The notes below the pieces were generated by a model that was not told the DNA's origin, searched no databases, and saw only the letters and a program-made list of their open reading frames with translations. DNA of 63,825 bases, the filler included, from Octopus bimaculoides (Eukaryota), in NCBI RefSeq assembly GCF_001194135.2. It is 4 parts of 4 records of this genome, joined end to end, with 100 filler letters (N's around TTAATTAATTAA, not from the genome) between each part and the next. Parts side by side here need not be neighbours in the genome. Positions count along the whole stretch, not along the records: positions 35,438 to 61,510 come from NC_068987.1; 3 more parts are not named here. One strand, given 5' to 3'. Positions 38,069 through 53,009 of the stretch are shown piece by piece (the first letter of the stretch is position 1; every line of letters begins with the position of its first letter). The position numbers and the translations under genes were made by a program.

Positions 38069-39892
38069 CAGAGTGAGTTAAAGAGAGAGGGGAAGAGGGA
38101 GGGAGAGAGAAAGGTATATATATGTGTATACGTGTGTGTGTGTGTGTGTACACACACACATAAACATAGATACATTACTAAATAGATAGAGGGGCAGACA
38201 GATGTACCGACGGATCGACACTTAGACAGACTGATAGCTTCTTAGATTGTAGTGAACAGGAAAATATCTATAATATTATTGTTAAAATCCTGCAGTGTTT
38301 TCTTTATTTAAATTCTTCTGAATTCTTCAACCCACACGCATGTGAATTTTCTTTCTGTTCTTTCAACCATTATATACCATCTACTACGCTGGTACAAACT
38401 AACATTTATAGTTAAGTATATGTATATATGCAACGTAGCGTAAGGTTTATATTTAAGTATAATTGTCTTTATATGTGTGAATGTATCTGATATATGTGTG
38501 TGTGTGGGGGGGGGGTGTACGTATTTATATACTCCTACCTACATACATGTATATACATCCATCCATACATCGATATATGTACTTATACACATACACATCC
38601 TTCAATACCTCCTATGTATTTATATATCTATCTAACTATTTATATACCAAACGATAGATCGATCCATACGTCTCTTTGTTCGTCTTTATCAGTCTCAATC
38701 TTTTGTTGCGCGTGTCTGCATATGTATATATATATANNNNNNNNNNNNNNNNNNNNNNNNNNNNNNNNNNNNNNNNNNNNNNNNNNNNNNNNNNNNNNNN
38801 NNNNNNNNNNNNNNNNNNNNNNNNNNNNNNNNNNNNNNNNNNNNNNNNNNNNNNNNNNNNNNNNNNNNNNNNNNNNNNNNNNNNNNNNNNNNNNNNNNNN
38901 NNNNNNNNNNNNNNNNNNNNNNNNNNNNNNNNNNNNNNNNNNNNNNNNNNNNNNNNNNNNNNNNNNNNNNNNNNNNNNNNNNNNNNNNNNNNNNNNNNNN
39001 NNNNNNNNNNNNNNNNNNNNNNNNNNNNNNNNNNNNNNNNNNNNNNNNNNNNNNNNNNNNNNNNNNNNNNNNNNNNNNNNNNNNNNNNNNNNNNNNNNNN
39101 NNNNNNNNNNNNNNNNNNNNNNNNNNNNNNNNNNNNNNNNNNNNNNNNNNNNNNNNNNNNNNNNNNNNNNNNNNNNNNNNNNNNNNNNNNNNNNNNNNNN
39201 NNNNNNNNNNNNNNNNNNNNNNNNNNNNNNNNNNNNNNNNNNNNNNNNNNNNNNNNNNNNNNNNNNNNNNNNNNNNNNNNNNTATATATATATATATATA
39301 TATTTATGTTTGTATACATATGCATGTCTGTATGTGAGTGTGCGTTCGTATTATCAAAAAGCTTCAGACTCAGACCAAACAATAGAAAAGCGATTCCTAT
39401 TGTCATTGCGCATTTCTTGCAATCGTCCCTTGGCGTTAAACGATATCGCCATTTTTGTGAGAGGGTTAATTAAAGAATAACCACATCTTCGCTTGGATCT
39501 TTACCAGGAATAAGGTTAAGACAGTTACACAAAGATGTTTGAAACCAAAAAAGAAACAAAAAAAAAAGAAGGAAGAGAAAAGGAAAACGAATGTAAAGTA
39601 TAAATACATACTAGAGATAAAAACGAAACAAATGAATATACAAACTACATTTATTTGTAACATATTCATCTATTAAGCTAATTTATTTTTTCTATCCAAA
39701 GAGATTTTTGTAAAGAATTCGCCTTCAGCTAAATTAAGCATAAGGCTACAGTTTTGTTCCTTTTAATGGAAGTGTCCTTTTCTCTCACTTTTCCCCATTC
39801 TATATCCCTCTTTGCTTCCTTCATTTCTTCCTTCCTTTCCTTCTTTCCTTCAATTTTCTTTCTTTCTTGCTTTCTTTCTATATTGCTTTCTT

Positions 39893-39925
<33 letters not shown>

Positions 39926-40037
39926 GACAGCTCACTATCTCTGCCTGCACATATCTTCCCATTTTTCTTTCTCAGTAAATCAATTTCCCCCTTCACACTC
40001 TTTTAACGCACACACACGCGCACGCGCGCACGCACGC

Positions 40038-40078
<41 letters not shown>

Positions 40079-40501
40079 CACATACACACACACACACACC
40101 CACAGAGGCGTGGGCAACGTTACAGTGAAATGTTTGCTTCACAAACACATACACACCTACAAAAAACCTTTTTATATTTCCTGTATATATATACATATAT
40201 ATATATACATATATACATATATGCACACAAACACAAAACTTTATATAAATATACGCATATACACATATACATACATACATATAAATAGCGACATGTATAT
40301 ATATATATATGAGTGTATATATGCATGTAATGTATTTATATATTATTATTATTATTATTATTAACTATATATACTTAATGTATATGCATCGTGTCCAAGA
40401 ATCTGAGGTGTTCTACACCCAGCGTTTTTAGGGTATATATATACGCCACCACCCTACTGCAGCCACCTGAAAGTACTCAAAGCATATACTAGAGCAGCTG
40501 T

Positions 40502-40552
<51 letters not shown>

Positions 40553-40879
40553 NNNNNNNNNNNNNNNNNNNNNNNNNNNNNNNNNNNNNNNNNNNNNNNN
40601 NNNNNNNNNNNNNNNNNNNNNNNNNNNNNNNNNNNNNNNNNNNNNNNNNNNNNNNNNNNNNNNNNNNNNNNNNNNNNNNNNNNNNNNNNNNNNNNNNNNN
40701 NNNNNNNNNNNNNNNNNNNNNNNNNNNNNNNNNNNNNNNNNNNNNNNNNNNNNNNNNNNNNNNNNNNNNNNNNNNNNNNNNNNNNNNNNNNNNNNNNNNN
40801 NNNNNNNNNNNNNNNNNNNNNNNNNNNNNNNNNNNNNNNNNNNNNNNNNNNNNNNNNNNNNNNNNNNNNNNNNNNNNNN

Positions 40880-40926
<47 letters not shown>

Positions 40927-40929
<3 letters not shown>

Positions 40930-41105
40930 GGGTTGAATAAAATAATGGAAACACCTTAAAATTTCAAACAAATTTATTTTAACACGGGGTAGGACTGCCT
41001 TTGGCAGAAATTGCAGATTGAATTCTACGAGGTATGAACTCGTACAAAGTTTGAAGTAAAGACGGAAAGATTCTTCATCTACTGAGTGTTTTCCACCCAT
41101 TTCAC
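40927..41105 (-). mobile_element. Tc1 transposon 3' end
   Basis: TA-CAGGGGTTGAATAAAATAATGGAAACACC TIR; decayed C-terminus resembling ..IPRRIQSAISAKG.PTP. Confidence 0.75.
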
Positions 41106-41574
41106 TAACCCTTCATCGCCTGATGACATCCAACTGAATTCGGAAACGACAGGATAAAGAAAATTGACATAGGCTTTTGAATAGTTCGATAACTGGTGGA
41201 CAAGATTCAGTTCAACATAACCATTTCAACATCACATTCCTTCAACGTTATAAATATATATCTACTCATTTTATACTAGTATATGTTTTATTAATACGTG
41301 TTAACTAGAGCATACGCTGATCTGAGATAATGATTTAATCTTTTGTTACTTAACCTAATACAGCAGAACTGGTGATGTGTATCATTTGTAACCACTCATC
41401 TGATCCAGGTTTTAAACTGGTATTAAAGACATCTAAACAAATATTTTCGAATGCAAGTAAGATTCTGGCTATCTCTAAAACGCACGCTAATTCAGTAACT
41501 AAGTGAAAGTCACTAACTTTACAATTCCATTTCTACCTTATAAATAGGATCCGTTTTGCGAATAACAACACCAG

Positions 41575-41644
<70 letters not shown>

Positions 41645-42749
41645 CGTGTGTGTGTGTGTGTGTGTGTGAGGGGTGGGGAATGCTGGCTTGTGTGTATGTA
41701 TGCTTAAACCAAACATCTCAACTTAGTTAGGTATGTCTTAATCTGCCGTCATTTCGATTAGCAAGCTTTCAGAAAAGTAAACTTAGACAACATTATATTT
41801 CAATAACATTGCTGGAAAATTTCATGTGTGCAAAGAAATAAAGTTTAAGGAAAAAAGAAAAAGAAAAAAGAAATATTACGAAGTGATAAGTTCTCAGGTT
41901 GAATCATACACAACAATATGCAAACATAAAAACACCAATTCCACAGAAATACCGATAGCCAGAAGAGACCGGAAACTAACCACGCAAAAAGACAAAAAGG
42001 CAGATTCTGCATTGATCAATATGGCTTCATATTTCTGAAGACAATATTATAGTATGTTTTGTTTTGTTTTTCTCTGTTCAATATACATATTTTTTTTGTT
42101 TTTTGCATTATACATTGAACATGAAAATAATATAGGAGATTATATAGAAGTAAATGTGTGCAGTAAAAATAAAGAACAAAAGAGATAAATAGATGAACGG
42201 ATGAAAGTTTGTGCGTGTGTGTGTGTCTATTTGTGTTTTTGGTGTGTATGTGTATGTGTGTGTGTGCGTGTGAGTGTGCATGTATAAATAAAAACTCACA
42301 CAATTATACGTGTATAAATATACATGGCTGTAACATATATGCGAATGCATATATATGTGACTCTGTGCTTGTTTGTTTGTGTGTATATCTATGCGTGCGT
42401 GTGTGCGCGCATGTGTGCGCGCATGTGTGTGCATGCGTGTGTGTGTATGTGGAGGGAGGTGCATGTGTGCTCCTTTACATATATACTTTTTCATTTAATA
42501 CTACCTTGGACTGCTGGAATGCATTTGCTAATAGACTTTGTTAAATGATACTCCTTTACACATAGTCTCTGCGTCTGCGTGTGTGTGTATATGAACATGC
42601 ATAGGCATCTATGTGCATGGGTGCATATGTGTATGTGAATAAGTGTAACATGGCAAATTGATAGCCTCGTCAAACTGCTGAATAGAATGTCATGGGATTC
42701 AAATTCGGCTAAGATTAAAAAGAAAAAGTACCTGCCCAAGTGATGTCAC

Positions 42750-43048
42750 TAACCGGTACTCCGTCGGTTACGACGGCGAGGGTTCCAGTTGATCAGATCA
42801 AGAGAACAGTTTGCTCGTGAAATTAACTTGCAAGTGGCTGAGCACTCCACAGACACATGTACCCTTAAAGTAATTCTCAGGGAGATTCAGCGTGGGACAG
42901 AATTATAGGTACAACTCAGTTTTGCAGCTGAGTGGACTGAAGCAACGTGAATGAAGTGACTTGCTCAAGGACACAACGGCGTCGCCGGAAGTTGAACTGA
43001 TGACCTTACGATCGTGAGCCGAATACCCTAACCACTAAGTCACGCAGA
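42750..43048 (-). mobile_element. SINE family B
   Basis: Reverse-complement match to 2652-2935. Confidence 0.85.
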
Positions 43049-43321
43049 CTGATGAAACTGTTAGACCATTCGGTGGGATATCTTCCGTTTTGTGTACCGA
43101 GTCCCTCTGTTCTGACAGCAGCGCCTACAATGACAATCTTGGCAATCAAGATCGGTCTTACCTCTCTCGTGGATGAAACGGCTGAATGTTCCAGGCCAAA
43201 GCATTGGAATGGAAGATTTTAGATGCAGATTTTCAGACAAACTATTAGAGAAGGCAATAGCACTTGCGCACAAATAATCTTGTAATCCTGTGAAGGTTCG
43301 GGATGATTTCTGAATATTAAA

Positions 43322-43388
<67 letters not shown>

Positions 43389-43494
43389 NNNNNNNNNNNN
43401 NNNNNNNNNNNNNNNNNNNNNNNNNNNNNNNNNNNNNNNNNNNNNNNTACACACACACACACACACACACACACGTATATATATATATATTATA

Positions 43495-43648
43495 GATCGC
43501 TAGCCACTACACATTCTTTTTTCTTCTCTCCTTGTTCCTTTCTGTGGAAGTGCGTAAGCTCGAAACGTTAAAGACTTTTTCAATTCCCGAGTGTTTTACT
43601 AATACATCTGTTGTTGTCTACACCACATGTCTTCGTCTTTTTTTTTTT

Positions 43649-43650
<2 letters not shown>
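43495..43650 (+). mobile_element. Putative Penelope-type terminal repeat with degenerate hammerhead (43538-43573)
   Basis: CTTT-CTGTGGA-A-GTGC(GTAA)GCTC-GAAAC-GTT-AAAG. Confidence 0.5.
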
Positions 43651-43682
<32 letters not shown>

Positions 43683-43792
43683 TTATATATATATATATAT
43701 ATATAAATGTATATATATATATACATGTACATATATGCATGCATACATATATACATGTATATATAGACACACACATACACACACATGCACAC

Positions 43793-43852
<60 letters not shown>

Positions 43853-45109
43853 CATTACAAATTCAGGATTTTACCAAAAGAACCGCAACTCCTATTTCAG
43901 GACAATTGTATGGAATACACACAGAAAGTTATATCCAATAAAATAATAATAATAAAATAATATAAGCATTTAAAGAACCTACTATAAAATACAATAAAAT
44001 TATTTGAAAAATATTTGAAATAATATATATAACTTACCTGTTATTAGTCTGTGAGGAAAGAATAATTTTTTAATCAACGCTACTCGAGCATCTGCACTGA
44101 TGGAGTGTTTATTAAGGCTATACCTAATGCATAAATCCACCAGTGCGTCCTCAGGCTTTTTATCTTATTGTTATTATTATTAACGGATCAAAGTTTAAAA
44201 TACATATTATAAGTCATATCAAATTGAAAACTAAGAATATGAATAAAAATATTAAAAAAATATATAAATTACAAATATATTAAACATTTTTTTTAAATTT
44301 AGAAAATTTAAGAAATTGAACACCTAAAATTAGAATACCGATATATAGATATAGAAAATGCTAAACCTAAGGAAACCCTCAACGGCTATATTATAAACGC
44401 ATCAAATCCTACAACCTATCTATATAAACATTACGAGAATTAATAATTTAGTGTAAGATTTACCCCTATCTATACAAGTATAAATTAACATTTTTTATGT
44501 CAAACGTAAGTTAATAGTATTTAAATAGATTATTTAGTAAAAACCACTATATACGTTATAAATTTATTGAATAAAACTAGTTAAAAGTTTCTAGTAAAAA
44601 GATTAACAGAGAAGAATCCTTATCGACATAATGTTTACTCCTTCTTGCTCCTGTGTAAATGGTTGCTCTTTCTCTCTGTCATACGGTAAGTATTATGGGA
44701 ATAACATTAATAAAATAAAATACTCTGAAAAATTCTCTAAGACTAATAATATTTGAAAGGTTGAATTCAAGGAGAGATAATAACTAGAAATATGTTATGC
44801 TTTTAAATCTAGCTGTAACTAGAATTTTTTATAGTGTTTAAGATTTAGAGATTAAATGTGGCCTGTCTATTCCTTTCAAGGTAATATTCTTTAATAAATT
44901 CTTGGTTCCTGGTATATCGGTATCTAATATTACTATAAAATTCTATTATAACTACATTTAACTATCTTCCTCATAATCGTTGAAGAGATTACATACTGTA
45001 GGTGGGGGTTATAATTTTATATATTTTCATTTTATTATACGTAAAGTTATTCTTATGTCGGCATTTTTTTTCCTCTGTCTCCAATACTTTTCAGTAATAT
45101 ATACAAACA

Positions 45110-45147
<38 letters not shown>

Positions 45148-45473
45148 GAGAGAGAGAAGAAGAAGAAGAAGAAGAAGAAGAAGAAGAAGAAGAAGAAGAA
45201 GAAGAAGAAGAAGAAGAAGAAGAAGAAGAAGACTGAAAAATTCTTTAACACAACTTTAATTATAGCTTACAATTGTTTCCATACCATGTCTGCTTGCAAC
45301 ACCAGTTTACACGAAAATTCTAAATGAAAAATGACGTAATATTTGCGGTTTTAGACATTAGAGAGGCACTTCAACAGATTTGCATCGAAGGTTTGTTGTT
45401 ACATTGTGCGTCCTTCAGATCTTGTTGTTCGGAATATATCGGGATGAACTAATATATATATATGTAAAATAAT

Positions 45474-45581
45474 GTACATTTAATACACATTAGAGATGCC
45501 CATAAAGGGCATCTAACCCGCTAGAAAGAGCAGCCAAGGCTCTGCCTTTTTTGTGGGCATCTCTAATGTGTAGTAAACGTA
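45474..45581. repeat. About 105-bp foldback
   Basis: TACACATTAGAGATGCCCATAAA / TTTGTGGGCATCTCTAATGTGTA. Confidence 0.85.
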
Positions 45582-45684
45582 CACTATTTTACATGAATTG
45601 TCTGCTGACTAATTTTCTTCCCGCTACACCACTGGTAGTAATTAAATTTCTTAAATTTTTGCTTTTTTGCTACCCTTAGACTTA

Positions 45685-45734
<50 letters not shown>

Positions 45735-47625
45735 ATATATATACATATATACATGTACATACACACACAAATATGTAGAAAGAGAGAGTGGTACACCTAT
45801 GTACTTAAATGGAAGCTAATAGGTTAATCTAGTATATTGCCGTCAGGATTTCTAAACAGAAGTCAACGTTATCTTATTCAAGGATAATATATTATTAATT
45901 GATTATTTTAAGTGAGATTACTATTTGATTATATAACGCTAACACGAAGTATTAGAAAACTGATTCTCTTCTCTGAAAAATGGCAGTGCAAGACTCATGC
46001 CTTTCTTTAAGGTAGAGAAATAGTTGAAAGCAGCATGATATCATGTCAAGGAATCTTTACTCTACTCACACGTCACTACTTCAAATATTATCTGTAAGAT
46101 ATATTGTTAATGAGTATATGTAAACTATTTAAATCTAGATTTGTTTTGTTTTAAATATTTGCGAATAGAGTCAAGTTAGCTTTTACAAATAACGTTGTTG
46201 ACAATAGTGGGATTATGTCGGGAATAATTTGATAATATGATAACAAATATTGGAATGTGCAATAGAAAAATATATACTTGAAAGCAGATGTAATCTGTAA
46301 GTGAATAATGGCTGTTTATATTCTTACATGGCTCAAATATGAATCTATTATATATGTTAACAAGCTTCTATCACCGTTGATATATTGCAAGGCTTATTCT
46401 AATATCTAAATCGCATTGCCATAATATATATCAAGTTGACATTTTTATTGTTATTTTCTTTGCGATTAATATTTTCCCTTGTATTCAAGCGAACTAGAAT
46501 ATAACAATTCATGCACTTCATTTTTCTTCATTAATGTATGACAATGAATTCTTAAGTTTCAATTTTTCAATAACCTACAAAATAACACGAATGAAGCAAG
46601 ACATACACACGCTTGTGTGTGTGTGCGTCTGTAAGTGCGTGCATGCACGCGCGTGTATGTGTGTGTGTGCGCGCGCATGTAACTTGATGGATATCTTAAA
46701 GTGAATGTGTTTGAGGCTTAAACACATTGCAAGTATCATGATAAATGGATGAAATTGAATTAGTGAAAGAAAGAGATACATAATTAAATTTATCTCCATT
46801 TTGATTTCAAGTTTTTCTTGATATTTAATAATTTGAATTAATTTATGCTGCTAATAATATAACGGTCTAATACGAAGATTTTAATGAACTTTATGAATTT
46901 TCAATATATAGTGATTTGAGTTATTTTTATTTCTTATCATATCACTTGTGGTTCCAACTTCACGATTGAAAGAATATGCCATGAATATTGTTTGCGGTTG
47001 ATCAAGAAGAAGGTGTCATGTTTGAAAGCGAAAATGGGGTGTTGTGAGTACAAGCAATTTCTAATCAAAATAATCTTGTAAGTTAGAGAAAATTCCTTCA
47101 ACAGGTTATCGAAACACATTTTGTTGGTTTTGCACATCCCTTATCTTGTGTTCTACTGCGCTTCCCAGGACATCAAATCAACACAAAACAAGACACATTC
47201 GATAATATAGTCCAATTCAAACAATAGCTAGAAGGATAGACAAGATTATCATAGTTGGAACTCCTTGATGTTAAGTCTGATTGTTGAAAGTTCTCATGAG
47301 GCTAAACAATGAAACCATTAAATTCATAAATGACCGTGGAAATCAATGAGGGATTTAAAAAAAATTGTAAGTAGGTAATTGTTCCTAGGTCCTAACTTCA
47401 CAAAAATATACATTTCTGTAAATGACAATGACGTATTAGTTCGGTACGTACATATAAAATGCAACGCAGAGATAAATGCCCCTTCCTTGCTCAAGGAAAC
47501 CATTCTGTGATATAGACGTGTGTCAGAGCTAATAACTGACTGAGAAAAACGGAAACGTGACAAAGCTAAATGCGAATGTTTACTACGAATCCTAAACATC
47601 TTTCAGCCAACCAATGCAGTAAATA

Positions 47626-47722
47626 CAAATCATATCTGTATCAACCTAATTCAGCCTTTACAAATCATACAGATATCGACCTAATTCAGCATTTATAGAT
47701 CATATCTATATCGACCTAATTT
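47626..47722. repeat. 35-bp minisatellite, about 2.7 copies
   Basis: ATCATATCTGTATCAACCTAATTCAGCCTTTACAA variants. Confidence 0.8.
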
Positions 47723-48577
47723 AACCAGTAATAAACATTTAAGGCTCCCAGAGATAGTGTTCTTAATAACGTAGAATAGATAGTAACACCTAAAAGAAGT
47801 AACAAAACTCCATGCATGCAGTTTTTATCATTATCTATAGCACATCGTCAATGGAAAATTTGAAGAAGACGGTTGAATAATTATGACATTATTCATAATC
47901 GTGATCGATCAATAACAGAGAGAGATGAAATATTTATATACCGAAGTTATGGCATTCAGCGATACATGCGCCCGCTAAATAGTCTTCATCTGGCCTAATT
48001 GAAAGAGAACGCATTTTACACTGTAAAAAGGTTTTAGAAGATTTTAGATTTTACATGATTCAGGATATACACTCTATTTGAGAACTGGAAGCATTTTTCA
48101 TTAGTAAAGACAATTCAAAGCGGATATTAGCTGATATGGTCCTTACAGTGGCTATGCAAAAGACTCGTGGAATTCTGAAGAATCATTCTTTCTCATGTTA
48201 ATGTATAACATGTGTTTTACTTTCTTACTTTTTGGCTCTCGAGAAAACTTACCCAAAAGAACATTGGTTTACTTAAACGCCCCATTTTTCTCTTCTTGCC
48301 AATTTAATTTATCAGGATCGAAAAAAAAATAGAAATATTTCATGATGAAATCATAGTGTTTTGATAAATAGAATATGATAATATCTAGAATGCTATCCGT
48401 TGCGTTAGAATTTTCGTTTGAAATTTATACTTTTGCTATTTGGGAATGTGCAATAATTCTTTTTTTTTCTTTGTACTTATAGGATACATTCATATGATTA
48501 CTAAATTACAAAACAAAAGCATTTACTAAACTATAGCAAGATTAAATAAAACAAATTTGTCATTTGTGTATCTACAG

Positions 48578-48629
<52 letters not shown>

Positions 48630-48660
48630 TAAAAATAATAATAACAACAACAACAACAAT

Positions 48661-48727
<67 letters not shown>

Positions 48728-50027
48728 TTTAAGTTTCTATTAATTACTGATGTAATATATTGATTATCTCCATATAAGGTTGTGTAATATTTTAAACGAG
48801 ACGAAGAAAAAATAACAATGGGTATTATTATTATTGATTAAAGTAATTTGATATTTAATATGCACACTTTCTCTCTGTTCCTCTCGAAACCTACCCATAT
48901 ACACATTCAAACCCGTAAACTTTCGCATACATATTTAAAGTTGCCTATTTTTTGTCACTACATGTAGGTGTATTAGTATATAGTAAATACCTGTATGTGC
49001 ATATGTGTGTGTTTGTGTGTGTGTGTGTGTGTGAGTGTGTGTGTGTGTGTGTGTGCGTGTGTGTAGATATGTGTGCCTGCATGTACATATATTATCTGTA
49101 TATATATAGAGAGAGAGAGATAGATACATACATAGATAGATATATAGATAAATAGATAGATATCTCACAAACTTTCGCACTGTATATGTATGTGTACCTG
49201 TGTCCATGCATGTATGTATCTACCTATGTACGTATATGTACTTATTCTGGTATGTGTATGTATATGAAATGTAAGAGAGTCTGTAACTCTGTAACGAAAG
49301 CAACAGTAGAACGCGCCATACAATGTGGCTTCTCTTTATTCCAAATGCAACTTCCAAATAGTACCATTCATATAGAAGCAGTAGTCGTAGTAATAGAAAT
49401 AGTAGAGAGAGGAAATAGAAAAGTAGTAGAAAATTCGATGTTAGAGGAGGTGAATTATTAATTGTAATTGCATATAATTTATGCGAATAGTAGTAGACAG
49501 AGAGGGAGAGAAGAGGAAGTGAGATTCATTCTACATAAGTTAGTATGACAGTGTTCCCGCGACTAATCAACCGCCAAAACTACTATGGAGTATTATGAAA
49601 TGGAAATCATTGTATATATCATTGTAAACAATTCATGAAGGCCATAATTTGCCGTTGTATTTATTAGCAGTATAATTTAATTTCTTTAATCAAATAAAAT
49701 GAAAATGAAATGAAAGTGATGATCCCAATAATTTCATCATTCTAAGATTAAATACAATTCAACAAGTCTTTGTAACAGAACATTATCAAGATAAGCAAAT
49801 ACCGATAAAAAAAATTGCAGATTTGGTTATTTGGAATCAAATTCACCATTTAAAAATATGCTTATCGTAGATCGATTTGATTATTTGTGTGTGTATTTTC
49901 CCCTGCATTTTCTTAACGTAAATAGATTTTCGACTATGAATATTCATTTGTTCGATCAACTGATTTATCTACTACTTGAATAAGCGTATAAGTGGCTTAG
50001 CAATTCACATATATATATATATGTACC

Positions 50028-50250
50028 AGGGCGGCTAGCTGGCAGAATCCTTAGCACGTCGGCTGAACAGCTTAGCGGTATTTCGTCTGCCGTTACATTC
50101 TGAGTTCAATTTCCGCCGAGTTCAGCTTTGCCTTTCATCCTTTCGGGGTCGATAAATTAAGTACCAGTTACGCACTGGGGTCGATGTAATCGACTTAATA
50201 CCTTTGTTTGTCCCCTCTATGTTTAGCCCCCTGTGGGCAATAAAAAAATT
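50028..50250 (+). mobile_element. tRNA-derived SINE with Nin/Deu-type central domain (family C)
   Basis: TTCTGAGTTCAAT B box; GCCTTTCATCCTTTCGGGGTCGATAAATTAAGTACC domain; A tail; fragments at 7325-7370, 51075-51145, 51235-51305. Confidence 0.85.
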
Positions 50251-51621
50251 TTTTTAATATATATGTACCTCTAAATATGTCTCAGGAATAATCAACATAG
50301 CTGTGTGTTTCAATGCTCGACCCTTCAATTATAAATACATTTTTTTCTGGTGGCTTCCAAAGAGTTACTCATTTCCACTTACACTGCTTGCATTAAATCG
50401 ACGCTATGACAGTTCCTCAAGATTAGTTGCAGTGAAACTGAACCGTGTCTATGCTGAAAGTAAGCACAAGTACACACTCTAAGGTAGAGAAGATATTATC
50501 GATAATATCAACGTCTTTTCTATAAAGATACTTATTTTATTTATTTGGGATTTATTAAGTCAAAATCAGCTCCTGTGAGATTTTCACTGCAATATAATCA
50601 ATAGCATATAACTTCCTCCATTTCGCAAATTCTGGCAATCTACTACCATTTGCTGAAATATATTTTGTACATTTATTTAATTAATTAATTTATTTTGCAT
50701 TAGCTGAAGGTCTCACATTTTTCGGAATGGTGACGTCGATTGAATTGAATAGATAAAGTGTATTTTATTATATCACTCCTGAAAGTATTACAAGTACTGT
50801 TTACCTCAGCAGGCTATTTTTATTTTCCAGTCAGTAAAGAAAAAAAATGCTCAGGATTCTTCAAAAGCCCTCTGAGACTAATAAATAGATGGGAGTGTGT
50901 ATACTTAGATCGGAATTTTGGCTCAAATGTTTCAACACAATGAATTCTACTAGAGGCATCAATGGTGTTAAGTGTTGGTGTGAAACTGGATGACAGACTA
51001 AATCTAATACTCGAGCAGGTTATAACTGCATTTGAACTCAGAATGGAAACAAACTGTCAGACTTCTATCTCTCTGGATTGGTAATTATATATTGACACCG
51101 AAAGAGTAAAAAGGTTAAGCTGACACCGTTGGGATTTGAATTCAGAAATCAAGATCAAAGATTTTGAAGCATATTCAACGCTCAAATCATTTTGTACGCA
51201 AAAGGTCATAACTTTATATCATAATTCTAAGGCAGCAACCCGCAGAATCGTTAGCATGCCGGGTAAAATACTTAGCGGCATTTTGTCCGCCATTACTTTC
51301 TATGCCGGTTTAGTTGCCTACGAAAAATTGCGTCAGCAAATGGTATCGCATTATAACAGAAAAAAACCCCTAACATCTTTAATATCGCAGAATGCTGCAT
51401 TAAAAAGAAAAAAAAGATGTATGGGATAAGACAGTTAACCACGATACACAAGACAAGATGCATTTTAAAATAATTGTTACTATATACGTGCATGCAGATG
51501 GAGCTAAATCGGTCGAGACTTTAAGGTACTGGTCACAATACTTTGTGCTATTCATTCCGGCCCTCTGAAACATCCTGTTTGAATCCTGCTGCAGCCAACT
51601 TTTGGGAATCAAAAAATAAAA

Positions 51622-51801
51622 TTCTTCTTCTTCTTCTTCTTCTTCTTCTTCTTCTTCTTCTTCTTCTTCTTCTTCTTCTTCTTCTTCTTCTTCTTCTTCT
51701 TCTTCTTCTTCTTCTTCTTCTTCTTCTTCTTCTTCTTCTTCTTCTTCTTCTTCTTCTTCTTCTTCTTCTTCTTCTTCTTCTTCTTCTTCTTCTTCTTCTT
51801 C
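51622..51801. repeat. Perfect (TTC)n, about 60 units
   Basis: Seen directly. Confidence 0.97.
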
Positions 51802-52527
51802 GTGATGCAATCAAAGAGTGAATTAGGTAAATAAAACTACTCATACATACTTCTTTGTGTTTATATATATATGCCTGTGTGTGTGCGCGTATATATGTGT
51901 GTGTACACTGGCTTCGTTTTGACTAGGCATAAGGTGAGTTTCGAATGTATGACAGTACATTTACTAACATTTATTTTATTGACCCTGAAAGGTTATAGGT
52001 TCAATTTCAAACTTTTTGGAGAGGAGCAAGGAAACATAAGATAAAGAGGTATAAAGCATCACAGAGTAAATCATTATCTTCCATAGATAACATATTTTCG
52101 CGGTCGTTTACATCTATATCGAAATATTTGATCAGAGGTCAACATTTTGACCTTCCAAAACCTAACTTAATCCGATATTAATTAGAAAATGTTAAATCAA
52201 AGTAGCCAGACAGAATCAAACGCAAACAACTGAGGAAAGTAATAAGTAAACATAACGTATATTAAGAGGTGGTAGTCCAGTCTATTTAATTTCTATGGCA
52301 ATTGAACTAATTGAACTCTTTCTATAGAAATTTTCTATCAGACTCTTTTGTGGTGTCATTGTTGAAGACGTATAACACCACCATTTTTCTGTAGCTTTAT
52401 ATTTCATTGTACATGTAATGATGCAAGTACGCATCTCGGACAAATCTTTTCAAAAGTATTCTTGCAAAAGAAGCCCGATCCTATACCTTAGAGAGAAGGA
52501 CGTCGTCATCGTCGTCGTCGTCGTCAC

Positions 52528-52591
<64 letters not shown>

Positions 52592-53009
52592 AGAGAGGGA
52601 GGAGGCGCAGCAGTTTAGCCCAAGAGCGACCTTGATCGAGCAGAATATGTGTATCTAGTTCTTCATCAGTCAAGTATAATACGAATATATAACACATTAA
52701 GATAGCAAGAGTCAACGTATTTCAAGATTCACGAAATAGTAGGAGTAATAAACAGTCCGACAACTGATGAGCGAGTTATCTTCTTTTGGTATCCTCTCCT
52801 GTACTTTTCTCTCATCTGTTTACGTATTTTTCACTCATTAGTGACGTCCTGTATTTATTGTGTATGTTTCGCTATTTTGTCCTGTATTGATCTCTCGTGT
52901 GCTTACGCACTTTTCACTCGTTGGTGATGTCCTGTACTTAATCTGTATATATATATATATATACATCTATCTATCGTTTTGATATCTTGTTTCTCTCCTT
53001 GACCTCTCC

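Noticed and set aside
41116-41155. CTGATGA..GAAAC-GAC hammerhead-like
   Set aside because: No stem II, wrong triplet, poor stem I
44100-45100. Possible NUMT (very AT-rich)
   Set aside because: No mitochondrial gene, rRNA or tRNA motif recognised
52630-52800. CTGATGA motifs on both strands
   Set aside because: No downstream GAAA or stems
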